Below the pieces are notes generated by a model that was given only the letters and a program-made list of their open reading frames with translations, was not told where the DNA came from and searched no databases. 58,774 nucleotides of DNA from Cyanophyceae cyanobacterium (GTDB lineage Bacteria > Cyanobacteriota > Cyanobacteriia > Cyanobacteriales > JBHJGN01). The stretch is taken from contig JBHJGN010000033.1 of NCBI GenBank assembly GCA_050331735.1, forward strand, positions 1 through 58,774, written 5' to 3'. Of the stretch, positions 39,201-48,000 are shown piece after piece. The first letter of the stretch is position 1. Each line of letters starts with the position of its first letter. The position numbers and the translations under genes are program-made.

Positions 39201-40336
39201 GATCGCCCTTCCTGGAATACCGCCCCCAGCGCCCGCACTTCCACGGCATCGCCGATGGGGGTTCCGGTTCCCTGGGTTTCCACATACTGCACCTCTGCTG
39301 GCTGGACCCCGGCTTGGCGGAGTGCCTCTCGCACAACCGCTTGCTGGGCGGAGCCGTTGGGAATCGTTAAGCCGCCGCTGGCTCCACTGTGGTTGGTGGC
39401 TGAACCCGCAATCACCGCTAAAACGTTGTCGCCATCGGCGGTCGCCGCTTGGAGAGGCTTGAGCACGATTGCCGCACAGCCTTCGGAACGAACGTAGCCG
39501 TCCGCTGCTGCATCAAAGGTTTTACAGCGACCGTCCGCCGCCATCATCTGTGTTCGAGAAAAGATGATGTTCGTCTCCGGCGAGAGCATCAGATTGACTC
39601 CTCCCACCAACGCCATCTGACACTCCCGATTGCGCAAGCTCTGACACGCCAGATGGACGGCTGTGAGGGAGGACGCACAGGCAGCATCTAGGGCTAGACT
39701 GGGACCTTGCATCCCCAAAATATACGACAGCCGACCCGCCGCAAAGCAAAATCCCGTCCCAAATCCGGTATAGGGATCGATTCCTGCAAGATCTCGTCCT
39801 CTGGTTTGCAGGTTGGCATAATCCGCTGTACCGATCGCCACATAAACCCCCGTCTGTCGGGTTTTTAAGCTCTGCGGGGCATACCCGGCTCGCTCCAACG
39901 CCTCCCAACTCACTTCCAGCAACAGACGCTGTTGAGGGTCCATCTGAGCCGCTTCGCGGGGACTAATCCCGAAGAAGTCGGCATCAAAACGATCCACCTC
40001 TGAGAGAAAGCCGCCCCAGCGTGTATAGGTTTTACCGGGGGTGCTGGGATCGGGGTCGTAGTAGGCATCCACGTCCCAGCGTTCTGGAGGAACTTTGGTC
40101 ACGGCATGGCGACCGTCCTGTAACAGTTGCCAGTAGGCGGCGGGGTCTTTCACGCCACCGGGGAAGCGGCAACCGATGCCAATGATGGCAATTTCTTCTG
40201 TTGGTGTGTTGCTAACACCGGGGACAGGCTCTTGAGATGATTGAATCGCTTCGAGTTGGTGATAGAGTTCGTCGGCTAGCAGCGCTAGCCGTTTGGGGGA
40301 GAGATCCTTAATGCGATCGAGAAACGTACTACTCAC
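33194..40336 (-). CDS. Hybrid PKS-NRPS: KS0-AT0-ACP-Cy-A(Cys)[MT]-T
   Basis: KS has DAACASS but QGTGT. AT has GEGVG (no catalytic Ser). ACP LDSI. Cy DNLLVDGAS (DxxxxD). Cys-type A domain (DLSVYDIF, LGGATEASIWS). SAM motif IEVGAGLG inserted in the A domain. T GGDSL. Confidence 0.94.
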   Translation of the reverse strand: MSSTFLDRIKDLSPKRLALLADELYHQLEAIQSSQEPVPGVSNTPTEEIAIIGIGCRFPGGVKDPAAYWQLLQDGRHAVTKVPPERWDVDAYYDPDPSTPGKTYTRWGGFLSEVDRFDADFFGISPREAAQMDPQQRLLLEVSWEALERAGYAPQSLKTRQTGVYVAIGTADYANLQTRGRDLAGIDPYTGFGTGFCFAAGRLSYILGMQGPSLALDAACASSLTAVHLACQSLRNRECQMALVGGVNLMLSPETNIIFSRTQMMAADGRCKTFDAAADGYVRSEGCAAIVLKPLQAATADGDNVLAVIAGSATNHSGASGGLTIPNGSAQQAVVREALRQAGVQPAEVQYVETQGTGTPIGDAVEVRALGAVFQEGRSPDAPLWLASVKTNIGHTETASGLASLIKVVLALQQRALPPHLHLQHLNPEIALDDIPARIPTTLVPLPAAQHPVFGVNSFGMSGANAHVVVRAAPEPQTLSQSEADDRPLHLLSLSAKTPQALRELVERFQQYLSDRPQLDLGDLCFTTGVGRSHFQYRQAWVADSISSLQQQLTESLSLASRATASLASPPLVFAFPHPISSVVDSRQLYKTSPTFRQALTRCLALLAQCHEGAVLDRLYPASPVDPPAAPWMLFVVEYALAELWKTWGIKPDGVWGEGVGEIVAACVAGVFSLEQGISVITNASLPVAATSTPVCPLWCRRTGQMLTPVEVLERWQNLGGTAGSQSPPLRSVQEYQSLNIHPQRATWETLLADLSQLYQQGAKVDWVGFERGFSRQRIVLPTYPFQRQRYWSALAERGASLESDLILPSRREASLTRTALLAIDPAQRQARLAADLGDRLATALGIAPDKIAPDTPLSSLALDSIVALELKFDLEKSFASTIPLTDLLESVDIAALSRRILAGFADTPTTALPQLKPAPERHQPFPLNDIQQAYWLGRRGLFDMGNIAAHVYAEFEGENLDGDRLSKAFQQLIDRHDMLRAIVLPDGQQQILASVPPYTIDVLDLRTAAPAERERQLVELREHLSHQIHAEGQWPLFTVRAVRLDERVRVCLSFDNLLVDGASLGLLCQEWGQLYHNLEASLPPLELSFRDYVLAVKGFESSEVYQRSLTYWQNRLRELPRAPELPLAIAPAQHQQPRFTRRTFELKAETWQKLQQNGSRAGLTPSAILVAAYAEVLAMWSKTRRFTLNLTTFNRLPIHPQVQQVVGDFTSLTLLAVDYTAIECFEVRAQQLQQQLWQDLEHSYTNGVRVMRDLARSESSETTMPVVFTSLLATPQLKGDSAFSTAWLGEMVYGIAQTPQVWLDHQVYEEAGALVLNWDAVEELFPPGTVAAMFAAYEQLLHCLATAPEAWQQQRFALLPDAPSAEPTASSQQDALLHTLFMSQAEARSQHPAIVTSSLTLTYGELLAQAQRVAQYLRHQNVRPNQLVAIAMEKGWEQVVAALGILMAGAAYLPVNPCLPQERRWHLLERGEVSIVLTQSWLQSEGTFPPGLQTLAIDTALPTVSASFSLSVQAATDLAYVIYTSGSTGAPKGVAIDHRGAVNTILDINERFEIGESDRVFALSSLSFDLSVYDIFGTLAAGATIVMPPADAARDPAVWGELIVREEVTIWNSVPTLMQMLVADRNHRSERLLPSLRLVLLSGDWLPLSLPNQIRALSPSAQVISLGGATEASIWSIVYPVDEVEPHWTSIPYGKPLADQRFYVFDDHLEPCPLWVTGQLYIGGVGLAQGYWRDEAKTAASFIVHPRTGERLYRTGDLGRYLPTGDVEFLGRADDQVKINGHRIELGEIETVLEQHPEVKRAVVLSGERKLVAFVLLAADSGATVRVQQDAPDSFSRWQTWVEKASQLQIGETGAEEMLAFWQELEQLYICAVGVALQRLGIWQGDARDERYSLDGLMQRSQISPRYRRWTRRALGELVRHGYLKVGSDYLLVRSLPEQLPPELLVQIHTSARQSLALGEAELALLTDIATHLADILTEKRHSAQIYTAAAVPKVYQQQFQTSHAVMRTAIAALVEGWPSDAPLRMIEVGAGLGATTTHVLPLLPTERTTYVFTDISPYFLQLAEQNYEYPFLQTRRLDLEKPPQNQGYELHSFDVVIAASVLHATRNIAETLSHVRSLLRPGGVLLLLEETKFQSAFELTMGLQQGFDRFEDESLRQHHPLLSRKQWQQALLNAGFSEVQRLQLNTAADRLGFDVFLVRGPSAVRSFTPAPLKDYLARKLPVYMVPQTYVPLERLPLTANGKVDRRTLQKDLSFTAPAPAERQPPRNALEQAVADIWKAVLQRQEISVEDNFFELGGDSLLATQAITRVREGFSVDVPLRTLFEQPTVAALAQAIAEAIAAQIDGAVLEELDGSGEPDRSELGASLTLDGGQTDGKSY

Positions 40337-40342
40337 GGCAAT

Positions 40343-43300
40343 CTACCTAGGAGTGGATTGGGACTTTTCTGCAAATAAGCGCTCGACCTCGTCATCGGAA
40401 AGCTGGGCGATGCGGTCGAGAGGTTCATCTGGGGTTGAGGGGGCTTTGGTCTCAGCGGCAGGCGCGCTTGCCCAGCCGAAAATTTCTTGGGCGATGTAGC
40501 TAGAGAGGGCGTTGACCGAGGGGTGCTCGAAGGTGGCAGCCACAGGAATGACCGCTCCCAGACTCGCTTCTAAGTGGTTCTTCAACTCCAGCGCCATCAG
40601 GGAATCCATCCCCAATTCAAACAGTCCCCGCTGGCAGTCGAGGTGGCTCGGTGGCAGCCCCATGACCCTAGCCACCTGAGCCTGGACGTGCTGGCGCAGG
40701 CGAGACTGACGAGTGGCGAAGGGCAGATGGTGCAGTTCCTCCAGCCAGACTCGGTCAGTGCTAGCGGTGTTGGGGTCAGTTCGTGCAGGCGATCGCAGCG
40801 CCTCTAGAAACGGCTGAGCGGCGGCTTGGGGAAACACCTGGAAAAATTCCGACCACGGTACGGGCAAAACTCCCATCTGCGGAGGGACAGAAGAGGCGAG
40901 GAGATATTCGAGCGACCGCAAGCCCTCGGCAGGAGACAGCGTCCAGCCCTCCGGCAACAGTTGCTGCCCTGAGCGAACGTGGCGGGCGCGCATGCCCACC
41001 TCTGCCCAATCCCCCCAATTAATACTGAGGGCGGGCTGACCGAGCTGCGAGCGGTAGTGGGCCAGAGAGTCGAGGAACGCATTAGCCATGCTGTAGCCCC
41101 CAAGCTGTTGTCCCACCGGACCTAGCAGACTCGCCCACGAGGAAAACAGCACAAAGCAGTCGAGATCCCCTCCGAAAATCTGATGTAGGTTCCAACTGCC
41201 CAGTACCTTGGGTCGCAAAACGTTCATCAAGGTGGAGGGAGCGAGCTGAGTGAGGGGCTTTAGCCCTTGAGGAACACCCGCTAAGTGGAACACGCCGCGA
41301 ACCGGAGGACAGCCGCCCTCGCCAACGGTAGCGATCGCCTGCTCAATTTGCTCGCGGTGGCTCACGTCGGCGCTCGCTAGATAGACGCGCACTCCCCGCT
41401 CTTCTAAAGCTTGAATAGCCGCCACTTGTCGCGCTTTGCGGCTGTCGGCGGGCAACTCTGTCCAGGTGGCGCGAGGCGGTAAGGGCGATCGCCCAAGCAG
41501 AATTAACTGCTGTACTCCCTGTTCAGCTAACCACTGGGCGACGAGCAAGCCTAAATCGCCCAGTCCACCTGTAATCAGATAGCTACCCTGGGTAAATGCT
41601 TCCAGCTTGGAGGGAGGTTGATGATGGCGGAGTAACCGGGGGGTATATTGGGTTCCCTGACGGAAAGCAGACATCTCTGAGTTAGTCAGGATAGCTTCGA
41701 GCAGTTCCGCCGCCGCTTGCGTGGTGGAGGCTTGCGGATCGAGATCCACCACTCCCCCCCGACGGTGGGGCTGTTCGACCGCGAACACTTTCCCCAATCC
41801 CCACAGCAACGATTGAGCGAGCGCAACGCTGCTAGAGCTGCTGGCGGTCACAGACTGTCCGCCACGAGTCACCCACCAAATCGGCGCGGACTGAGAATGC
41901 TCCACCGCTTGGAGCAGTTGGAGGGGCAGTTGAGTAACGGTCGCTAACGCCGCGTCCCAGTTGTCTGGGATGGAGTTGAGGACGGGGGCATCGAGTCCCC
42001 ACAGATAGAGGAGACCGTGATAGGACTGGGACAGTAGGGCGGGTAAGGCAGACACGTCCTCACTCCCCGCCAGCGTCGTTACCCGATCGCCCTGCTGCTC
42101 AAAGAGAGGGGTTAACGCGGCGGCAACCCCAGTGCGATCGGCCAAAACGAGCCAGTGCCGCGCCGCTGGTTTGGCAGTTTTTGCCAGCACGATGGCTTGG
42201 GAACACTGGGTTTCGTCTGTATGCCCAATCGCCACCGTATCAACAGCCCAGTGCTGGGCTTGCAGCAGCGATCGCCAGCGCAACGCAGACAGCAAAGGAT
42301 AATCAGGACGCAGTTCTAAGTCCGTAAACCGCCACCACCCTTCAGTTAAGCCAAAGATGAGGTCGAGCCAGCGTTGGGGTTGGGTTCCCTCCAGCAGCAC
42401 TAACAAGCCACCGGATTTCAGTAAGGCTTGAATATGTTGCAGACTCTGTTGCAAATTGGCGGTGGCGTGAAGGACGTTGGCAGCGAGGACGAGGTCGAAC
42501 TGCTGGGGGGCAAATCCTTGGGCTTGAGGAGCTTGCTCGATATCAAGGCAGCGATACTCCACAAAGGGATAGGCAGCGAATTTCTGCTCGGCTTTTTGAA
42601 CGAAGAGCGGGGAGATATCGGTGAAAACATACTCGGTGTGCTCGCTCTTGAGCTGAGGCAGAATCGAGGTGGTTGTTGCCCCAGTGCCTGCACCGATTTC
42701 TAGAATGCGAATTGGGCGATCGCTGGGCTGGTGTTCGAGGGCGAGAGTGATGGCGTACTGCACCAGCTGATTGACCCTGTTGGCGGCAGGAGAGTCCTGG
42801 TAGAGACGCTCAACCGCAGCAAAAGAGCCGTTGGGAAAGAGGACTTGCCGGGGATCGCAACGTCCTTGCAGCACATCAGCAAGAACTTGACCACATCGAT
42901 GCAAAAGCTCTAGTTGGGGGGCATAGTCGGGATATTGGGCTTTCAGCCGAGAAAAAGTTGTCTCAGGGTCGCTGACGAAGGGGCGCTTAACGCTCCACTC
43001 ATCTCCCGATGCTTGGAGGGCACCCACTTCGCTGCCAATACGCAATAACCGCTTAAAGAGGCGCTGGTGGGAATCGACCACTTGAAAGCGGTGCAGCAAG
43101 TCTGCGGTTGTCACCGCTCCGGGCTGCGCAATGCCTCCAAGCTGCTGCAATGCGTGAAGAACGTACTCGGCGCTTAACGCTTCAAGCTGGGGGAGGAACG
43201 CTCTATAGTCTTCCCACTGTTGCTGCATCGACGGTTGGGCAGCGTAGGCGCGGGTGCGATCGCCAATAACGTCAGGGTCTAACAGGGAGGCAGAATCCTT

Positions 43301-45007
43301 CGTTCGTGATGTCGGTTCTTGACGTTGGCAAGGCTGCCAGTCAACGGTGTAAAACCAGTTGTCAGCGCTCTTGGTCGGAACTGAAGAATCAACAAACGCT
43401 TGCTGTAAGCGGATTCCCGTTACTTCCATCAGGAGCTGCTGACCGTCGCGGTCGAAAATCCGCACGTTGCCTTCGTAGTGAGGTGCCGCAACCAGAGGTG
43501 ACGTGAGTTGAGCATGGCTCCAGAGGCGAGCGCTGAGCGGGGCATAAACCTGTAACTGCCCCAAGCCAACGGGTAAATATTGGCGGCGGTTCTCCATCAG
43601 GGGGAGACAGGCGAAAAAGACCTGTAAACAAGCATCCAGAAAAGCAGGATGGGTGTCATATCCCGGCTCCGAGAGGGATGCTGGCAATCGCACTCTGCCC
43701 AGGGCTTCTCCATCTCTGCGCCAGAGCCGTTCGATGCCCTGGAAGCTCTCACCGAGTTCCACTCCTTGGTGTTGCAGCTGCTGGTAAAACTCCGCTCCTG
43801 ATAACGGTTGACAGCGCGCTTGAATGTCGGCGATGGCAGGCGGCTGCCCTTTAGTGGCGCGGCGGTTTTCTATCGGTAAGGGGGCGCTCTCCGTCTGACA
43901 AGCTCGACGCAGACGGTCGAGGTGGGGCAAGTTGGCTAAAATCAGGTCGGGGTCGGGACCAAAATCGAGCAGACACGCCAATTCAGTGATGCCGATTTGC
44001 TGAAGCTGTTCGACTAAGCCCAAACAGCTTTCTGGCGTTCCCAGTAACGCCCGGCGATCGCTAAAAAACTTCTCGAACACACGGACGGCTAAACTATCTA
44101 GATCGGCTTTGGAGAGAGCATCGACCTGAATATCAAAGCCCCGGCTATAGCTCAACCCCTGGAGGAGATGGATGTGAGATTTCAAATAAGAGCAGTAGGG
44201 TTGGCGAACTTGTTCCCGCACGACATCAAGGGCCTCGCCTACAAAGGTATGCAGAGCTACGGTAATTTCTCCTCCATGAGGATCGAAACCGCAAGCCGCT
44301 CTAGCGCTGCGATAGAGGTCAAGCTTTTGAGCGAGGGCATCCACTTCTTGGTCGAAAAGATGGGTTAACAAATTCGCCCCGCTCTCTCCGGCTTGAATAA
44401 AGGTGTTCGGATTGCTGGCGGCAGTTACCCAAATGGGGAGGGATGTCTGCACCGGAGTGGGGTAGATGCGAACGCTGGCGGGCTGAGCGTTGCCCGCAGT
44501 TCTGGAAATGCTTTCTCCCTGCCAAAGACTCTGCACCGTTTGCATCGCCTGGAGCAGGTCTTGATGGCGGTTACTGTAGCGATCAGGAGCCAGAACAAAA
44601 TCTTGCGGATTCCATCCCGAAGCAAAGGAAACTCCCACCCGTCCCCCCGATAGGTTATCCACCATTGCCCATTCCTCCGCCACCCGAATCGGATCGTGAA
44701 GGGGCAGCACCACACTCCCCGCCTGAAGGCGCACCCGTTGGGTTTCACGCGCGAGGGCAGCATGCAGAACGGCGGGATTGGGGTAGAGACAGCCCAACTG
44801 GGTAAAGTGTCGTTCTGGAATCCAAATGCTGGAAAAACCTTGGCGGTCAGCGTACTGGGCGCTTTCGAGCACCAACCGATATTTATCCGCTCCCAGAGAC
44901 TGCTCGCCGCTGGCAAAAAACATCAGACCAAACTGTATCTCTCGCCGTGGGGCTAGGGTTATCGGTTGGTTTAGGGCTGTTGAAGCGGGGGACTGAGTCA
45001 TGAGCAA
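40343..45007 (-). CDS. PKS half-module: LLM monooxygenase-DH(C-half)-cMT-KR-ACP
   Basis: LLM motifs FGLMFF, WIPERHF, RVAEEWAMVDNLSGGRVGVSFASGW. DH second hotdog HPAFLDACLQ. MT LEIGAGTG. KR ITGGLGDLG and YSMAN. ACP GMDSL. ATG 45001 is an alternative start. Confidence 0.93.
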   Translation of the reverse strand: MLMTQSPASTALNQPITLAPRREIQFGLMFFASGEQSLGADKYRLVLESAQYADRQGFSSIWIPERHFTQLGCLYPNPAVLHAALARETQRVRLQAGSVVLPLHDPIRVAEEWAMVDNLSGGRVGVSFASGWNPQDFVLAPDRYSNRHQDLLQAMQTVQSLWQGESISRTAGNAQPASVRIYPTPVQTSLPIWVTAASNPNTFIQAGESGANLLTHLFDQEVDALAQKLDLYRSARAACGFDPHGGEITVALHTFVGEALDVVREQVRQPYCSYLKSHIHLLQGLSYSRGFDIQVDALSKADLDSLAVRVFEKFFSDRRALLGTPESCLGLVEQLQQIGITELACLLDFGPDPDLILANLPHLDRLRRACQTESAPLPIENRRATKGQPPAIADIQARCQPLSGAEFYQQLQHQGVELGESFQGIERLWRRDGEALGRVRLPASLSEPGYDTHPAFLDACLQVFFACLPLMENRRQYLPVGLGQLQVYAPLSARLWSHAQLTSPLVAAPHYEGNVRIFDRDGQQLLMEVTGIRLQQAFVDSSVPTKSADNWFYTVDWQPCQRQEPTSRTKDSASLLDPDVIGDRTRAYAAQPSMQQQWEDYRAFLPQLEALSAEYVLHALQQLGGIAQPGAVTTADLLHRFQVVDSHQRLFKRLLRIGSEVGALQASGDEWSVKRPFVSDPETTFSRLKAQYPDYAPQLELLHRCGQVLADVLQGRCDPRQVLFPNGSFAAVERLYQDSPAANRVNQLVQYAITLALEHQPSDRPIRILEIGAGTGATTTSILPQLKSEHTEYVFTDISPLFVQKAEQKFAAYPFVEYRCLDIEQAPQAQGFAPQQFDLVLAANVLHATANLQQSLQHIQALLKSGGLLVLLEGTQPQRWLDLIFGLTEGWWRFTDLELRPDYPLLSALRWRSLLQAQHWAVDTVAIGHTDETQCSQAIVLAKTAKPAARHWLVLADRTGVAAALTPLFEQQGDRVTTLAGSEDVSALPALLSQSYHGLLYLWGLDAPVLNSIPDNWDAALATVTQLPLQLLQAVEHSQSAPIWWVTRGGQSVTASSSSSVALAQSLLWGLGKVFAVEQPHRRGGVVDLDPQASTTQAAAELLEAILTNSEMSAFRQGTQYTPRLLRHHQPPSKLEAFTQGSYLITGGLGDLGLLVAQWLAEQGVQQLILLGRSPLPPRATWTELPADSRKARQVAAIQALEERGVRVYLASADVSHREQIEQAIATVGEGGCPPVRGVFHLAGVPQGLKPLTQLAPSTLMNVLRPKVLGSWNLHQIFGGDLDCFVLFSSWASLLGPVGQQLGGYSMANAFLDSLAHYRSQLGQPALSINWGDWAEVGMRARHVRSGQQLLPEGWTLSPAEGLRSLEYLLASSVPPQMGVLPVPWSEFFQVFPQAAAQPFLEALRSPARTDPNTASTDRVWLEELHHLPFATRQSRLRQHVQAQVARVMGLPPSHLDCQRGLFELGMDSLMALELKNHLEASLGAVIPVAATFEHPSVNALSSYIAQEIFGWASAPAAETKAPSTPDEPLDRIAQLSDDEVERLFAEKSQSTPR

Positions 45008-45040
45008 AGCTTGAAAAAGATTTCTAGCGGGGGGTTTCCG

Positions 45041-48000
45041 TTAGTTGAGGTCTGACCAATGCAGAGTCGCCGTGGCGTGCAGAATCCAGGGAGAAGCGGC
45101 GGCGGAGCAGGTGCGGCTGTGAGTTTGAAAAGTGGCGGAGTCGGGGGATTGTTCTAAGAGGGCAATTTGAACCTGACAGTTGCCGTCCCGCGACAGAAAC
45201 AGCGGTTGGTGTAACGCTAAATCTCGCAGTTGGTAGCGACGCTCACCCCAGGTCTCTCGCGCTGCCGCTAAAGCCATTTCGATATAGGCTCCCAGGAACA
45301 GCGTCGGAGTTCCCCATACTTGATGCTCGCCGAGATAGGACAGGCGATCGCCATTGAGGTTAACGGTCCACAGGCGATCACTCGGTCGGTGCGCTAGGGG
45401 GGCTAAACGCTTTCCCAGCAGGGGATGCTCGGAGCTAGCGGCGGACCCAAGAGGTGGTCGCACCGTCGCCGACCGTTGAAACCAGTAAGACTGTCTTTCA
45501 AAGGGGTAGGTGGGCACCGACACTAGCTGACGGCGATAATCGCGGTCAAATCCCCGCCAATCGATCTTGAACCCAGCGCTCGCTAACCGTCCCAAACTCG
45601 TCAACATCACTTGCCAGTCCGATCGGCTGGGGCGCAGGCTTGGCAGCCACTGGCTAGTATCGGCGAGCGCTGGTGGCAAACACTGTCGTCCCAGCCCCAA
45701 CAGCGTGGGCTTGGCACCAATCTCCAGGAACCAGCGGTATCCTTCACGGTGTAGCGTTTCCATGCCCTGGCTGAACCGAACGGGCTGGCGAATGTGCTTC
45801 ACCCAGTATTCAGGAGTGGCGATCGCCTCCGTAGCCCACTGTCCGGTCAGATTACTGACAAGGTTAATTCGGGGTTGAGTCCAGGGAATTTTGCTCGCCT
45901 CTGCTCGAAAAGGCTTCAATACTGGCTCCATCAGAGCGGAGTGGAACCCGTTGGCAACCTGTAGCCGAGTGGTGCGAATTCCTGCGGCGGCGAGGTGAGT
46001 AGCGATCTCCTGCACATCTTCCCGCAGACCCGACAGCACCGTATTGCGAGGTCCGTTAATAGCAGCAATAGCAACGGGCGCATCGGCGACGATAGCGGCG
46101 GCTCGTTCAGCCTCCACCGCCGCAACAACCATCGCACCGTTGTCAGGAAGGGACTGCATCAATCTCCCCCGCGCAGCGACCAGTTTCAAGCCGTCTTCGA
46201 GGTCGAATACCCCGGCTAGACAAGCCGCTACGTATTCCCCAACACTGTGACCCATCACCCCGTCCGGCTGGATGCCCCAACTCTGCCAGAGTTTAGCTAA
46301 GGCGTATTCCAACGCGAACAGTGCTGGTTGGGTATAGGCGGTTTGCTGGAGGAGATGACGATGGGAAGGTTCTGGGTAGAGAACCGCTAGCAGCGAGGGT
46401 TTAAGATCCGCTCGCAAAATGGCATCGCAGTGCTCTAAAATTTTCCGAAACGTTGGCTGGGTTTCATATAATTGTCGTCCCATGTTGACCAGTTGGGTTC
46501 CCTGTCCAGAAAACAAAAAGGCGATTTTCGGCTTCAACTGACCTTGCTTCTGAACGAAACCGAACTCCTCGCCAGCTTTGACCCCTTGGAGTTGTGACTG
46601 AAGGTGTTCCTTCGAGCTAGCCACAAAGCTCACACGATGGGCAAAAGACGATCGCCCAGCATTGGCGGTAAAGCAGATATCTCCAAGGCTGTGGGGTGAG
46701 GTGGAAAGAAACGGACAGTAGCGTTCGACGAGCTGCCGCAGGGCGGCATCAGTTTTCGCCGAGAGGGTTAGCACATGCAGGGGACGTTCTGGGTCATTAG
46801 ATTCCCTTTGCGGGGAAGCGGGTTCGCCTTCTACAACGAGATGGGCGTTGGTGCCGCCAAATCCAAAGGAACTGACTCCAGCCAGCCGTCTACCCCAATC
46901 TTTCCAGGGTTGTCCTTGGGTAGCAATCGTAAACGGAGTCCCGTCGAGGGCGATATGGGGGTTAAGCTCATTTAAATGGAGGTGGGGCGGAATTTCTTGG
47001 TGTTGTAGAGAGAGCACTACTTTAATTAGTCCGGCAATGCCCGCCGCTGCTTCTAAATGTCCGATGTTGGTTTTCACCGACCCGATGACGCACGGCTGGT
47101 GTTCTGGGCGATTCCCCAGCGCCGCCTGAATCGCCTTCATCTCGATCGGATCGCCGAGCGCCGTTCCTGTGCCGTGGGCTTCGACGTACTGAATGTGGGC
47201 AGGGTCAATTCCGGCATTGTTCAACGCCTGCCGAATTGCGGTCTGCTGAGCAAGTCCGTTGGGGGCACTGAGTCCGTTACTGTGTCCATCCTGGTTAATG
47301 GCTGAGCCGCGCACAACCGCCAAGATCCGATCGCCATCGCGCTGAGCGTCCGCTAGTCGTTTTAGAATCACGATACCGCACCCTTCGCTACGCCCGTAAC
47401 CGTCCGCCGCCGCATCGAAAGTTTTACAGCGACCATCTGCCGCCAGCATGCGAGCCTGGGAAAAGGCTACGGTCAGTTCGGGGGTAAGTAACAGATTGAC
47501 TCCCCCCGCTAGAGCGAGGTCGCATTCCCCCTGGCGTAAACTTTGACTGGCAAGGTGAACGGCAACGAGCGACGAAGAACAGGCAGTGTCGATGGCTAGA
47601 CTTGGTCCCTGTAGGTTTAAGCAGTAAGATAACCGATTGGCCGCAATGCTCGCCGCTGTCCCCGTTCCCAAGTAGGCATCAAGGCAAGCCGGCTCCTGTG
47701 CCAGCAACCGAGCGTAGTCACTCCCGCTCGTACCGATAAACACTCCAGTGGAACTTTCGGCTAGATGTTCCGGCGGCGTTCCGGCATGTTCCAACGCTTC
47801 CCAGGCTACTTCTAAAAGCAGACGCTGCTGTGGGTCTATTTTTTCGGCTTCGCGGGGCGTAATGCCGAAGAAAGACGCATCGAACTGAGCGATGTGGTTC
47901 AAAAATCCTCCCCAGCGGGTGGTCATTTTTCCTGGAGTAGGAACTTCAGCATAGTATGCCTCTACATCCCAGCGCTCGCGGGGGACTGAAGTAATGGCAT

